Source of the DNA: a virus | Lineage: Duplodnaviria > Caudoviricetes | DNA length: 64,000 bases | Virus record (IMG/VR): IMGVR_UViG_3300021255_002539 | Location: 64,001 to 128,000 of that record | Reading direction: 5' to 3' (one strand) | The notes under the pieces: generated by a model | The model's database searches: none | Seen by the model: only the letters and a program-made list of their open reading frames with translations | Told to the model about the DNA's origin: nothing | Made by a program: the position numbers and the translations under genes | In this document: one piece after another, positions 21,188 through 33,147 of the stretch | Layout: every line of letters begins with the position of its first letter | Numbering within the stretch: the first letter of the stretch is position 1

Positions 21188-22834
21188 TTACTTTGGCTCT
21201 GGGGTGTCGTATGCCAACTTGGTTGCGGCGTCGCAGGCCTTTGCTATCGTGTCGACCGCATCAAATGGCATGTCGATGAAAGGCTGCACAACCTGAACCA
21301 CTTGTGGCAGTGTCAGGTTCAACGCGCCATTGCAGCAGGTGTCGGCTTGATTTGGCACCTTCCAGCACATATCCAACAGATCCTCCAGTGGTGGTACGAT
21401 TTCGATGACCATCTTCCATATATCGAATACCTTGTCTATTATCTGTTTCGCCAATTTCGCGAACTTCTGAACGAACATGTTGATTATCAGCTCGACTATC
21501 TTGTCTATGACAATGTGCAGGTTCTGATATATGAACTCAACCTCAATCAAGACCTCCATGACAAGCATCATGTCCTTTGGTGGCACCATTGACATGTCTG
21601 GTCCCTCCAGGGATCTCAACTTGTACAGTACCATCTTCGCCTTTTGCCTGACAATCTCCTTTAGTATCTGCAGTTTGTCCTGGAAGTCAATCATCTGCTT
21701 TCCAATGGACATGTTCGGCACCTTGAGTGGTGGTGTTGGGAAATTCTTGCATGCCCCCTTTTTTATTGCCTCCCTTATCTGCTCCTCGTTGTAGCCACCA
21801 CAGCACTTTGTGACCTGTTGGTACATCTCCTTCCCACCTTCCCACACCGCGTCAATCGCGCCACCCATGACTTCCTGGACAAAGTCGAAGAATTCGGACA
21901 GTTCCTGCTTGCACTCAGACCATGTTGGGAGTTCATCTGCCTCGTCCACGCCCAGTTCGCCTTGTATGTTTTCAGCCAGGAAGTCGGGTATCCATTGTTG
22001 GTTTTCGCTCCAGGTCATCTTCAAGATTGCGATGAACAAGGGATGTGAATAGGGGTGTACTGCATTCACTGCCCCCATTACCTTGGTCATCAGATACGCA
22101 ATTGCCATCTTCTTGGCCGAGTCCAACGACGCAGTCAGAAGGTCTCTGGCCCCATTTCCCTCTCCGACAATGGATGTGAGGGACTTGATGCAGGACATTC
22201 CCTTGTCCATTGCGGTCCTCACCAACTCCAACTGGCCATGTGCCTGTGATACGGATGCTGAGCAAATCTCCGGCACTGGAACCCTTACCGACACTTGTGC
22301 GCCATCTGTGGACTGGGTTATCGAAACCGTGGCCTTGGCAGCCAGTTCCCTGGCTGTGTTCCCTTGAATTGCGGTTGCCATCCAGTTTGTGCTTTCCTGA
22401 GATGCGAAAGTCCTGGCGGCCTCAATTGTGCTCTGCCCAAAACCCGTGTCTGGCAAGTATCCAACTGACACATCCACGATGTCGTCAACCAACTCCTGCA
22501 CCTCGTCCCTGTTGGATGGCTATACCTACATGGCGGCGTCCACGATTCCCTTTGTCGTTCCAACATGCGATGTCCTAATCACTTGTGGATTCTGCATGGA
22601 CACTGACGTGAACATTTGAAACAACTTGTCCATCTTGGATTTGTCGTTGTATTGGTTCATGAACGACCTCAACTCGCCAATGGCATCTAGATCCACAATG
22701 GATTTCTGGTAATGATGATGTGCATTCTTCCTATTGGCAGACGACACACCAGTTCTGTGTGGATGACTGTTTTGCTTGACCTTCGCAATCATCCTTCTGG
22801 GGTTTACATGCTTTTCTATGTGTCTGCGTTCCAT
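21188..22834 (-). CDS. 548-aa helical late protein (TAG=Gln at 22526, 22520)
   Basis: Two same-frame ORFs joined by TAG; GTAAATA at 22844-22850. Confidence 0.6.
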
Positions 22835-22843
22835 CTATGCGCC

Positions 22844-22875
22844 TATTTACCATCTTTGGCGTCAAATGGTAAATA
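22844..22875. promoter_or_regulatory. Divergent pair of putative late promoters GTAAATA (representative of ~20 copies)
   Basis: Motif sits immediately upstream of late genes at 1738, 4565, 10731, 12490, 12516, 12563, 19904, 22844, 22869, 27815, 27870, 31895, 36260, 36285, 39891, 41144, 54285, 56614, 57793, 58803; resembles the T4 late promoter TATAAATA. Confidence 0.7.
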
Positions 22876-22882
22876 CCAACAT

Positions 22883-25225
22883 ATGAGCGACACGACTACA
22901 ACATTTAGCATGAGGGACATCAACAACCTCCTGACGAATCAGTTCCAGGAATACACCCTTCTCTTGAACAGTATTGTTGGTGGCGGTGGGTTGATTGCCG
23001 AATCGCAAATACGACAGATATACAAATACGACTCTGACGCCAACAGGGAATACGACAAGGGTCAGATTGTGTTCAAGAATGGAATAGACTCCCTTCAGTA
23101 CATGCTCGACCACAAGGAATCAGTCGCCAAGATGATTGGGTTGAAGGATGGTACCGAGATATTTGAGGCAAGAAGGGATTTCGGCAAGACCAGCGAGTTC
23201 CTGTCGAGGATGAACAGTGCCTATGAACTGGGGGATGTGAACCACCCAATGCAGATGTACATGTCCAAGGTCAATGGGAATGTTGGCGAATTGGACATAC
23301 TGCAAAACTGGCAGGACTACATAATGTCCCAGAGTTGGATTGACGACCTCGCCAAGTTCTCGGCGAATGGGGATGCCTCCCAGACAATATCCGACTACCG
23401 CATATCCTATCTGTCCGACATCATACAACAGATGGTGAAGGAACACGAACTCAACTACCACAAGCAGCTGTCTGAATTCGACGAATCCCTCTACATGGAC
23501 GATGGGGGGGATGACGACTACATTGACGCATTGAACATGGTTGGTTCCATGGGCAAGTTGGAATATGGCTTCTACGAGATGTTCAAGCCAATTGGCAGAA
23601 CCACAGAGAAATACATCAAGGTGAAGATGTCCACTGATGGGATACTCGACATAACTGGCGTGGTTGGTTTGGAGGATTGCGAACATTGGGAATGGGAACA
23701 TGGGTCCAGGGACTACCTTCGGTCGCTCAACAACGGCAACCAAAGGTATATGCTCCAGTTGTCGAGACCGATCAACGACTTGTCCGAGGAAAACCCTGGC
23801 GGAAGCGTGATTTGGTGGAGGCCCGACAACCCAGAGCCACTTGATGGCATAGAGGAAGTGGATGGAGAAGAAGACACAGAGAAGCAGATGCGGTACTTCA
23901 AGCCCTACGAGACAGAACGCATGTTGAGGTGGTTTGGAACGACATACATCCCAGTTCTGGACATAGACAACATATACAAATGCACTGTATGCTCAATACC
24001 CCAATTGTCAGACGATGTGCAGTCAAACGACTTCCACCTGGATGCCACCAACATAGCAGCGAACGGCATGGACTTGGCCCGGGCGAACATAGACAACTCC
24101 ACTTCCCTGTCCCTGTTGACGCTCGCGCCAAAGGCGACAATCAAGGTCGAGAACCACGACGAGCGCACATACAAGATTGGGCAGTTCCTGAAGTTCATCG
24201 TGTCTGGAGGCCAATAGACTTCTGTAATGGCATTCCATGTTCGGGGCAAGGCATACGACGACATCCAGGAGATGAACCACTACATCGAAACATGGGAGTC
24301 GTTCACGGACATACATGAAACCCTGTTTGGATGGAAACTGGCACTTGAACTTGCCGAATATGCCCACCCAGAGGTGGTGGAGAAGTGGAACATCAATCAC
24401 CCAGACGACAAGTGGATACCAAACGACTGGACAAGGACACTGGAATCCACGACCAACATTTGGTGGGATGCCACATAGATTGACATGCTCCGTCTAAGGC
24501 AACTTGACATTGAGACTCTAGTCGGGAGATTCCAACAGGACTGGGATGACAGATTTGGATATATGTCTTCTCAACAATCAACAAAGGGGTGGTTCGACAA
24601 TGTATACAACTACATGGTGATGTTCAGGAAATGTGGAAAGAACAGTGGGCCCGATTCCTCAGACACAAGCAAGAAGGAACTGGACATCCTCTATCAGGCA
24701 ATAACCAACATATCAAACAGCGCCAAGGACGCAAGGTTGAGGAAACCATTGAACTTGATGTATGGCGTATATGAAGACTATCTTTCCAATGATGAACAGA
24801 AGAGGATAGATGATAGGGAAGAAAGATACGACATCATCTTCGACGACATCACCGTTGACGAGTTGAGAATCAGAATCCAGACATTCAACAACCTGGTTGT
24901 CAGACTTCCTGTCGACACCAAGCACAACAAGATGGCATCCAAGCACATATTCAAGGATTGGCAGGCATTTGTGGATGGTGCAGTGGATTATCTGGTTGGA
25001 ATGGAGCAGCTGTTTGTGGAAGACGACGAGAGTCAAGGTCTCGGCACCGATGGACTTCTGCATGGGTTCAAGGAACTCTACATAGACGAAAGCAAGTCCA
25101 TTCCATTGATTGACTATTCCTACATCTGCGATGGCAAAGACTTCGAGCATCCATACATCGACGAAAAGACAGGAAAGCCAGTTGCCGACAGATGGGACTA
25201 TTGGAGCGAATCTGACTTCGATTGA
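22883..25225 (+). CDS. 780-aa late (probably virion) protein (TAG=Gln at 24215, 24476)
   Basis: Three same-frame ORFs joined by TAG, ends TGA; GTAAATA at 22869-22875 just before the ATG. Confidence 0.65.
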
Positions 25226-25906
25226 TCAAACCAGACTTGGCATGTCGCAATCCAAGCTCTTGATGCACCTGTCTATGTAGATTTGCGCATCCTTTGCCAG
25301 AATTCCCTTTGTAATCTTTGAATCCAAACCACCCAACAGCTGGTTGGTGGAGCGTACTTGGATGTACGGCGCATCAGAAAACCCTTGTATTGTCAATGCG
25401 GTTTTGGCGAAGAACGCACGCATGGCACGCTCCATGTCAGGAACCCCCAGGGACTGCATTCGATACAGCCGAACCCCATCCAACCCCCGATTGTAGAGGG
25501 AGACGAATGTCTGAACAAGCATCTCCTCTATCTCCTTGTTCTGGGGCACCATGAATGTAGAGGACACCAGAACATACCTTCTGTTTGCGAGATGGAGTAT
25601 CTGCCCCAGGCGGGTCTTGTCAGACACCTCTGACTCCAGTTTCCTGAGCATTGGTTGCAGCCGAACATTGTCAACTGGCCGAGGTTCCATGACCACAACG
25701 GCAATCGACCCATCAGAAGCCAGATTCCCCAATTTGCCCAAGATGAACTTCTCTGTTGGTTTCCTGTGCGAATCCACCTTCAGGGCATTCACATACACGA
25801 CATCCACGCCAGGAACAGACGATGCCTTGTTCCCAACATGGTTCGGCAGATACTCGTTGTACCAGTCGGAGACCAAGCTTCTATAGTCTACCAGCTTGTA
25901 GTTCAT
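25226..25906 (-). CDS. Hypothetical protein
   Basis: 226-aa ORF, TGA stop. Confidence 0.6.
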   Translation of the reverse strand: MNYKLVDYRSLVSDWYNEYLPNHVGNKASSVPGVDVVYVNALKVDSHRKPTEKFILGKLGNLASDGSIAVVVMEPRPVDNVRLQPMLRKLESEVSDKTRLGQILHLANRRYVLVSSTFMVPQNKEIEEMLVQTFVSLYNRGLDGVRLYRMQSLGVPDMERAMRAFFAKTALTIQGFSDAPYIQVRSTNQLLGGLDSKITKGILAKDAQIYIDRCIKSLDCDMPSLV

Positions 25907-25909
25907 GGT

Positions 25910-26461
25910 TCACTTTGCTGTGTATCTGGTCTCAGATGCATATCTGGACTCAGATGCATATCTGGACTCAAGCTCCTCGATGATCTCGTTCCTGTGCTTG
26001 GGCGAACCGTAATCGAGGTCGTATTGGAACAACTTGAGACCATCCAGTGGCAGACCCTTCCCACGGGACTGCTTCCTGAGTTTGTCCCTCACAGAACCAT
26101 CATCGTAGTAATCATATGAATAGTCGTCCAAATAGGACTTGCCATAATTCCTTGCCATCCATTTGGCGTATGAGTCTCCAGTAGTCATGCTTGATTCGTT
26201 GTCTATGTACTTCGCCTTCACGATGTCGAACAAATCGCTGCTGAGGGGAATCTGATGCATGTCGCAATCCATCATGAACTCTGGCGTGACAGGGAAGATG
26301 TAGTCCCCTTCGCTGCCAACACCCTTGAGGACAATGAAGTAGGCCTCGTCAGAACCAAGTACCTCCAAGTCCGTGACTTCCAATTTGCCAGTAAACAGGT
26401 CTCCATACACGATGAACGAACTGGAACTCGAATTGCTCACATAGTCTGACCTAATCTTCAT
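25910..26461 (-). CDS. Conserved phage protein of the MKIRxDxVxNSSSSSFI family
   Basis: Characteristic N-terminal motif. Confidence 0.65.
   Translation of the reverse strand: MKIRSDYVSNSSSSSFIVYGDLFTGKLEVTDLEVLGSDEAYFIVLKGVGSEGDYIFPVTPEFMMDCDMHQIPLSSDLFDIVKAKYIDNESSMTTGDSYAKWMARNYGKSYLDDYSYDYYDDGSVRDKLRKQSRGKGLPLDGLKLFQYDLDYGSPKHRNEIIEELESRYASESRYASETRYTAK
25921..25970. repeat. 18-bp tandem repeat (~2.7 copies) encoding ESRYAS-ESRYAS-ETRY
   Basis: tatctggactcagatgca units visible. Confidence 0.8.
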
Positions 26462-26519
26462 GGTATAATATTGCCTTTCCTTGACATATTATACCACTTC
26501 AGGGAAAGGATGTAAAGCT

Positions 26520-27782
26520 TCAAGCGACAATCAGCAGTCTGTCGTTTGACCTCGTTATCGCTGTATACAACCACCTGCTCTTGTATGCGTCGTCCCAGAA
26601 TCCTGATATTTCCTCGAACAACATCACATTCCCCCACTCGGAACCCTGAGCCTTGTGGACAGTGAGGCAATAGCCAAAGTCAAAGGAATCGAAGTAGAGC
26701 TTCTTCTTGCCAATCTTCCTCATCATCTTGCGCTCTGAAATCGTCAGCTTGGACTTCAGCTTCATCAACTCCCTTACGGTGATGAACTCCTTGCCATCAG
26801 ACGAATACTTCATCTGCCCAAATGGGGACTTGTTCACCAACCCAGAATATCCGAACCCATCGTCCACATCCACCGACATGGAATATACCTCCCCCAGTTC
26901 AGATGGCACCAGCCCCTTCGCGTCAGAAATTGAGGTGATTCGACCCAACATCCCATTGTAGATTGGCTCAGCATAGGACTTGTTGTTCCTCAGGCAAACC
27001 ACCCTGTCGCCAACCCTCGGTATCTTGTCCTCGAAATCCTCCACGATGCCATAGTTGGTTCTGATTAGCTGGTTCACATCCACCCTCGTGTTGTTCGTCC
27101 CACACAGGCAAACGCCATTGGAAAAATCACCAAGGTGATTTAGGATGAAGTCGTTCACCAATGGATCGTTCTCGTTCACCTTCGCCACCTTGTCGTCGAA
27201 TTGCTTGAAGGGGATGTCATCGCCATTTCGCGCCATTATCGACAAGTCGAGCAATGTGCTGTTAGACCCAAACCTATGAACCTCCTCCAACCTTATCTGG
27301 GGGTTCTCCATCAAGTTGAACTGGTCTGCCGAGATTGGTGGCAACTGACCATGATCCCCAACAAACAAAATCGGAATCCCATACATCCTCAAGTCCTGGA
27401 ACAACTCCCTGTTCACCATCGACGCCTCGTCCACTATGATGAGGTTGTAGTCAAGGTAGGTGACGCGCTCAAAGACATTCAACTTCGTCTCAGGATCCTG
27501 CCTTACCCTATAGCAAAGGGAGTGTATTGTCCCAACATAGTCGTTCGACCGAATGGCGTTCGCGTCAATCAACTTCTCCTTCATCACGCCAGAAGCCTTG
27601 CCAGTATAGGCGCAAAAGGCCACCCTCCACCGCTTTGGCAGCTCCTTGCGCACCTCTGCTATGAGGGATGTCTTGCCAGTTCCAGCATATCCACCCAATG
27701 TGAGATAGGACATCCTGTTCCTGGAGTTTACCCAGTCCATGATTGTCTTCTTCGCGTCTATCTGATCCTTGCTTAAGTCCAT
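26520..27782 (-). CDS. dda: Dda/RecD-like SF1B DNA helicase
   Basis: GGYAGTGKT, IIVDEASMV, VGDHGQLPP, YCLTVHKAQGSEW, LYTAITR motifs. Confidence 0.85.
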   Translation of the reverse strand: MDLSKDQIDAKKTIMDWVNSRNRMSYLTLGGYAGTGKTSLIAEVRKELPKRWRVAFCAYTGKASGVMKEKLIDANAIRSNDYVGTIHSLCYRVRQDPETKLNVFERVTYLDYNLIIVDEASMVNRELFQDLRMYGIPILFVGDHGQLPPISADQFNLMENPQIRLEEVHRFGSNSTLLDLSIMARNGDDIPFKQFDDKVAKVNENDPLVNDFILNHLGDFSNGVCLCGTNNTRVDVNQLIRTNYGIVEDFEDKIPRVGDRVVCLRNNKSYAEPIYNGMLGRITSISDAKGLVPSELGEVYSMSVDVDDGFGYSGLVNKSPFGQMKYSSDGKEFITVRELMKLKSKLTISERKMMRKIGKKKLYFDSFDFGYCLTVHKAQGSEWGNVMLFEEISGFWDDAYKSRWLYTAITRSNDRLLIVA

Positions 27783-27902
27783 AGCATCATATTATACCAC
27801 TTTTACTGGAAATGGTAAATAGTCTCAACAATCAACACATTTGGGTAGAAGCTTTTTTGCTCTTTTTGTGTAAATATAATTGTTGAAAACAAAATCTACA
27901 TT

Positions 27903-29843
27903 GTGGACATACAAATGAAACTTGAAGAACTATACGCCAAGTACGACGAAATTGCGGGCAAGTTGAATGTCACGCCCATTGAGCATTTCGTGTTCGACCT
28001 TGGCGACGACAATTCCCAGAAGTCTCTCAAGAATGGCTTTCCTGGGATTGAGGCTGTGTTGATGCCCGAAGTTGGGAACTACATGGTGGCTTCCACGGTA
28101 GTGGAGGATCCTGATGTTCTGCTTCTCTTGTTCCCACAGAAGACAGATGGGAACATGGGTCTTTGGGCGTTCAACACGAAGACAAAGGCGAATCGCGATC
28201 TCCTGGAGAATGGAGAGAAAGCGACAATAGACAATTTCAACGACGACTTCGAAAGCATGGAAGAAGTTGCCAAGCGGTTCAATGAATTCGCTTTCATGCC
28301 CGCTGATGGCGAGAATTCTGCCAATGAAGTCAAAAACATTGGTTCATTTGACGTTTCAACCGATGAACCTGTGGAAGTAAACAACAACACACATACAGAT
28401 AACGAGGAAACTGAAATGAAATTCAAGCCAATCAACGAGGAAGATGAACTCAAGGACACAAAGTGGGTTGAGATTCCAAACACGAACGCACATGGCGTCA
28501 CGGTGACAGAGGATGGAGAGGAAAACGCCGATCCATTTGCCGATGCCGGCGCAGATGTCCCAGCGGACAATGCTGCCCCTGCAGACACTGCTGCCCAAAC
28601 CGATCCAACAGGGGATGTTGCTCCCGCTGACAACGCGGCCCCAGCAACCGATGCAGCCCCAGCAGACGCAACCACGGATGTTGCTCCAGCTGAAGCACCC
28701 GCCGAGGAAGCCCCTGCCGAGGAGCCAGCGACAATCGACGACCCCAAGGCGAAGATGCGCGACCTGCTCGCGTACTACACCAACTACATGACAGAGTTGG
28801 TCAAGGATCCAAACACTTCCACAGAACTCATCTCGGCGACGCAGGAGATGATTGATTCTCTCATCAAGAACATGGAGAGCGCAGATGGAATCGAGGAAGT
28901 CAAGGCTGAGCAAGAGGAGGCCGCTGCAGAGGAAGCTCAAGCAGAGGAAACACCCGCCGAAGAGACTCCTGCCGAGGAAACCCCAGCCGAGGGACCTGCG
29001 CCAGAAACGCCAGCAGAGGAAGAGCCAGTTGCAGAGAACACTGACGAGCAGGCGGCACTTGACGAGCAAGCAGCGCTTGACGCCAAGGTTGATTCCGAGA
29101 TTGACGATCTCCACAAGGACGATTGGGAGGACATCGAGCCTGCCACGAGCGACAACATCATGACGCCCGGCGACCTCTCCAACCTCCCTGTAAACCAGGT
29201 TGACATCTCCGATGTCCCTGCAACACCAGACGAGGAATTGGCGGCAACCCTCCCAGACGAGACGCAGCAGCCAACAAGCGATGTTCTTGACGACATGGCT
29301 CCAGTCACGCCTGACGAGGAAGTTGACCTCCTGGGCGCAGACGAATATGCTGTTGGACCTGATGGATTGCCACTTGACAAGTTCGATGGTGATGTAGATG
29401 CCTTGACCACCAGCCCAGTCTCCAAGAAGATCAATTGGTCGACCGACTACGCAGTGAATGGAATTGCCACGACAGACGACAACTCCGTTGTTGTCCCTGA
29501 GGTTCTGAAGGAGCTTGAGGACTACTACAAGAAGGTGTCCGACGAAGTGAGCAAGGTTCCTGGCAAGGAGGATGTTGCGATGAAGTTGCAGAAGATTCAG
29601 ATCCTCTCGCAGACAATCGCAAACGAGTGGAATGGCATCGTCTCCCAGATTGGGGACAATGTTGCTGATTCCTATGACCTCTCCAACATGGGAGACCTCG
29701 AAAAGGACGAACTGGCCGCTCAGGACGCGATGAACCAGGTTGGCGCAGATGTGATGTCCGACCGTGAGGAAGAAGAGGAGGACGACCTCCGAATCAACGA
29801 CCAAATCGCCGCGTTCTGCGAGAGTTGGGGGCATTTGATGTAA
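27903..29843 (+). CDS. Highly acidic Ala/Pro/Glu-rich late protein (prohead core/scaffold or internal protein), with likely internal start at 28416
   Basis: EETPA repeats; GTAAATA at 27815 and 27870; internal GAGG RBS followed by MKFKPINEE. Confidence 0.5.
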   Translation: MDIQMKLEELYAKYDEIAGKLNVTPIEHFVFDLGDDNSQKSLKNGFPGIEAVLMPEVGNYMVASTVVEDPDVLLLLFPQKTDGNMGLWAFNTKTKANRDLLENGEKATIDNFNDDFESMEEVAKRFNEFAFMPADGENSANEVKNIGSFDVSTDEPVEVNNNTHTDNEETEMKFKPINEEDELKDTKWVEIPNTNAHGVTVTEDGEENADPFADAGADVPADNAAPADTAAQTDPTGDVAPADNAAPATDAAPADATTDVAPAEAPAEEAPAEEPATIDDPKAKMRDLLAYYTNYMTELVKDPNTSTELISATQEMIDSLIKNMESADGIEEVKAEQEEAAAEEAQAEETPAEETPAEETPAEGPAPETPAEEEPVAENTDEQAALDEQAALDAKVDSEIDDLHKDDWEDIEPATSDNIMTPGDLSNLPVNQVDISDVPATPDEELAATLPDETQQPTSDVLDDMAPVTPDEEVDLLGADEYAVGPDGLPLDKFDGDVDALTTSPVSKKINWSTDYAVNGIATTDDNSVVVPEVLKELEDYYKKVSDEVSKVPGKEDVAMKLQKIQILSQTIANEWNGIVSQIGDNVADSYDLSNMGDLEKDELAAQDAMNQVGADVMSDREEEEEDDLRINDQIAAFCESWGHLM

Positions 29844-29865
29844 TAGGCATCAAGATAGACCCAAT

Positions 29866-29908
29866 GAAAAGCGAAGGTTGCTGGTTTAGTTCAGCAACCT
29901 TTGTTTTT
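29866..29908. terminator. Bidirectional rho-independent terminator
   Basis: AAGGTTGCTG...CAGCAACCTT stem with A/T tracts between convergent genes. Confidence 0.75.
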
Positions 29909-29917
29909 GCGATACAA

Positions 29918-31846
29918 TCAAGCAGATTGTTGTTCTGCTTCTTCCTAGTCCCGTACTATCTTGGAGATGTTGTCCTGCTTCTGAACAACCATCATCTGGG
30001 TCTCTGGCATGTCCTTGAACATGGTCTCGACCTCGCCACGGTGCGAGATGATGGAGATGTTGGTGTTCTCCCTCTGAGACAACTGAAGCAATATGCCCAG
30101 CAACTTCTGAATCGACACACTGTCCAACGCCCTGTCCACAACCTCGTCTATGATCATTATGTTCATGCAGACATTGAACCTCGACATCAAGAACCTCCGA
30201 AACGCCAACTGGGAGGATATTATCAACTTCATCTGCTCGCCCAACGAGAGGTTGGGGAAATCCAGTTCGCCACCACTGGACTGAATCTCGTAGTCGTTCA
30301 TGTCACTGGTGAGGTTGCAGGTGAAGCTCACGCACAACTCAGAGAGGTTGGCGTTAATCATGGCGTTTATCGAGGACACCACTCGGGAGATTATGTTGCG
30401 CTTGATTGCGTCTGGCGAGACTATCTCTGAGCCAACCTTCATCAGGCACATCCTCAATGCCTCGGTCTTCAGGTCGTTCTCAACCTCGGTGATCTGCTCC
30501 AATGTGCTCTGGTACACATTCCAGGACGGTATCTTGCTCTCGTCCTCTATGGAGTCCACCAATTCTGATATCTTGCGTTCAAGCGACTGTATGGAGCTGG
30601 CAATCTGGTTCTTCTGGAACAAAAGGCTTCTCTCCTGAACCTGAATGTCTGACAACTCGCCCATCTTCCCAGTCTCCTCTGCCTTGAGCTTGTCGTCGTA
30701 GACCTTCACCTTCTCGATTTGTCTGTTGGCGTTGTCAATCCTGGCTTGCTCGTTGGATATGTTCGCATTCAGCTTGTCTATCTCGTTCCTGTACACATCA
30801 AGGGAGTAGAACTTGTTGACGACCTTCTGGCAGTCGTCGCAAATCATGCCCAGAACCTCCTTGTGCTTGTTCAACTCCCGCTCGTGGTGGGATATCGTGG
30901 TCTGGGAGTTCGTGATGGATATTCTGGAATCTGTAATGGCGTCTCCACACCTCTTCATCGCGTCCTCCAACTTCGCCTTGCTTTCGCGGATGGTCTTCAA
31001 TGCGGCATCCACGACCTCCTTCTGCCTCTCCAACTCAGTGAACTTGGGTTCCAAATCCCCCAACTGGGACTCCTGCGACTCCTTCTCCTTCTTCGTCTCC
31101 TCTATCTGACCGTTGACGCCAGCCTTGTACTTCGCAATCTCCCCCTCACACATCTCCTTCGTCTTCTCCAACTTGACCTGGTTCACCTTGAGGTTCTGAA
31201 TCAGCATGTTCTTCGCCTTCATGTCCTCGCCCATCATCTTGTACATCTTGGTGTAGACAGAGGTGTCGAACAGGGTCTCCACGAATTCCCTCTTCTGGGA
31301 TGCGTTCAGCTTGAAGAAGTTGTACTTGTCGTCGACAGAGAGCATCACCATGCGCTGATACATCTCGAAGTTCATGAACAGAACATTCTCCTCTATGAAC
31401 TTCTGCGTATTTGCGGATGTTGACTTGGATATGTCGGTCCACTCCCCAGACTCGTCGTCCAGGGCAAACAACTGCAGGACAATGGAGGCCGAACCCTTCT
31501 GAAGACCACGCACTATCTTCCAATGCCTGGTGGACGAACTCGACACAATGGCGTCAACCTCCACAGACACGCACATCTTCCACCCATTCCTCACAGAATC
31601 CAGATACTTGTTCTTGAGGTTCGCTGTGTGGATCTTTCCACTCAACTGCCCAAACAGCGCGAACATGAGGGCATGCGACCAGGCTGACTTGCCAGAGCCA
31701 TTGGATGTGTTGCCCAATGTGGACTCAGTGTCTTTATTGACGCCCTTTATCAGAACCAGCCTGTTCGTGTTGTCGAAATCCCATTCCTCGTCCTGAAACG
31801 ACAGGAAGTTGTGTATGTCTATCTTCTTTACCTTGACTTTGGTCAT
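29918..31846 (-). CDS. gp46: Recombination endonuclease ATPase subunit (T4 gp46 / SbcC-Rad50); TAG at 29945 nine codons before TGA
   Basis: IHNFLSF, NGSGKS Walker A, coiled coil with CDDC hook, LSLGE signature, IIDEV Walker B, IISH. Confidence 0.85.
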
Positions 31847-31934
31847 ATTATGGTATTCCTCTTTGTTCAATTATACCATTTCGCGCATATAATTGTAAAT
31901 AGACTATGACAATACCCAATAGAGGAAAGCAACT

Positions 31935-32366
31935 ATGAAATGGAAGAGGATAGACGAGAGTTCCGACTACAACGGACCAGTAAAGATAAAGAACCTGCGC
32001 GAAATCTCGCCAGACGAAGATAGTTCACTTGGTACCATCGTAGCGACCGAAATTGAGGAATTCATCGAATATCGCAAAAGGCACTGGTACACTTCTAAGG
32101 ACAAGGAGAACGAAATTAGAGACGCAACCGTTGGTGTATATGTGGAATTCGAGTATTGGTGCGAGGAAGACGAGGAATATGAGGCTGGATACGAAGATGG
32201 TGCAGCCCTGGTCATCATAAACAAGGAGGATGGTTCATTGTATTCCGTAAAGGCTTTTGGAGAATATCCCGATGTTTTTGATGGGGATGAAATAGAGGAT
32301 GCAGCATACGAATATCTGGATGTCGAGCCAGGATACGAATTCACCTTTAGAGACTACGATAATTGA
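31935..32366 (+). CDS. Acidic late protein with MKWKRIDE-S leader (putative capsid-internal protein)
   Basis: GTAAATA at 31895-31901; GAGG RBS. Confidence 0.6.
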   Translation: MKWKRIDESSDYNGPVKIKNLREISPDEDSSLGTIVATEIEEFIEYRKRHWYTSKDKENEIRDATVGVYVEFEYWCEEDEEYEAGYEDGAALVIINKEDGSLYSVKAFGEYPDVFDGDEIEDAAYEYLDVEPGYEFTFRDYDN

Positions 32367-32397
32367 CTTTAACCAACATCAAGGAGAGACAACAACA

Positions 32398-32778
32398 ATG
32401 AAAACCGAACTATACGCCAATTTCATAGAAAACGGCCAGGAGAAGGCCACCAAGTTCATCATATCCGACGAATGGGCAAGCGTCGAGGAGATTCTACGCA
32501 CAGACGCGGTGTTCTCCAACCCGAAGTACATCAAGATTGAGGAGGTTCCAAAGCAATTGCCAAACCTCACCAGGTTCCTGAAGGACAGGTCATGCCTAAC
32601 AGTGAGGGTGTTCGACTACGACAAGGTTGCTAAAACCGTTGGAAACGGTTTAGCATCCATGATTATCCTGATTCAGGGAACATCCAACCAGATAATCACG
32701 ATGAAGAAGCTCTCTGGTGGATACAAGGACGAGGACTTCATGACGCAACTCAACCCAGTGCTGGCGAAGGTTGCATAA
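32398..32778 (+). CDS. Hypothetical late protein
   Basis: AGGAG RBS before MKTELYANF. Confidence 0.6.
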   Translation: MKTELYANFIENGQEKATKFIISDEWASVEEILRTDAVFSNPKYIKIEEVPKQLPNLTRFLKDRSCLTVRVFDYDKVAKTVGNGLASMIILIQGTSNQIITMKKLSGGYKDEDFMTQLNPVLAKVA

Positions 32779-32783
32779 TCCAA

Positions 32784-33147
32784 AACGAGGAAACAGACAA
32801 TGAAACCCACCAAACTGACACACGAAGAAGTGCTTGTGATTGACAAGATCATATATGAAGCCAAGATAACCGATTTCGAGCTTCGGAACACCCCAACAGG
32901 AAGACAATATTTCTGGGACGGCGAGAACTCCGAGAGGTTGAACATAAAGGACGGGCTGCAGTTCATCTGCGACGCAGCCTGCTATGGATTCGACTTCGCC
33001 CTTGAATTCGGTCTCACCCAACAGGAGATCGACACATGGAACGCCATGATAGACAGATTTGGTCTTTCTGACGAATTCAAGGCAGAAGACTACAAGGAAC
33101 GCGAAATACTGCGCGCCAAGGAATCAACGAGGAAACAGACAATGAAA
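32784..33147 (+). repeat. 22-bp direct repeat AACGAGGAAACAGACAATGAAA (RBS plus start) at 32784-32805 and 33126-33147
   Basis: Exact identity seen in sequence. Confidence 0.85.

Noticed and set aside
28540-29080. Repeat array or CRISPR-like region
   Set aside because: Degenerate in-frame coding repeats (PADNAAPA, EETPA, DEQAAL), not constant repeats with spacers
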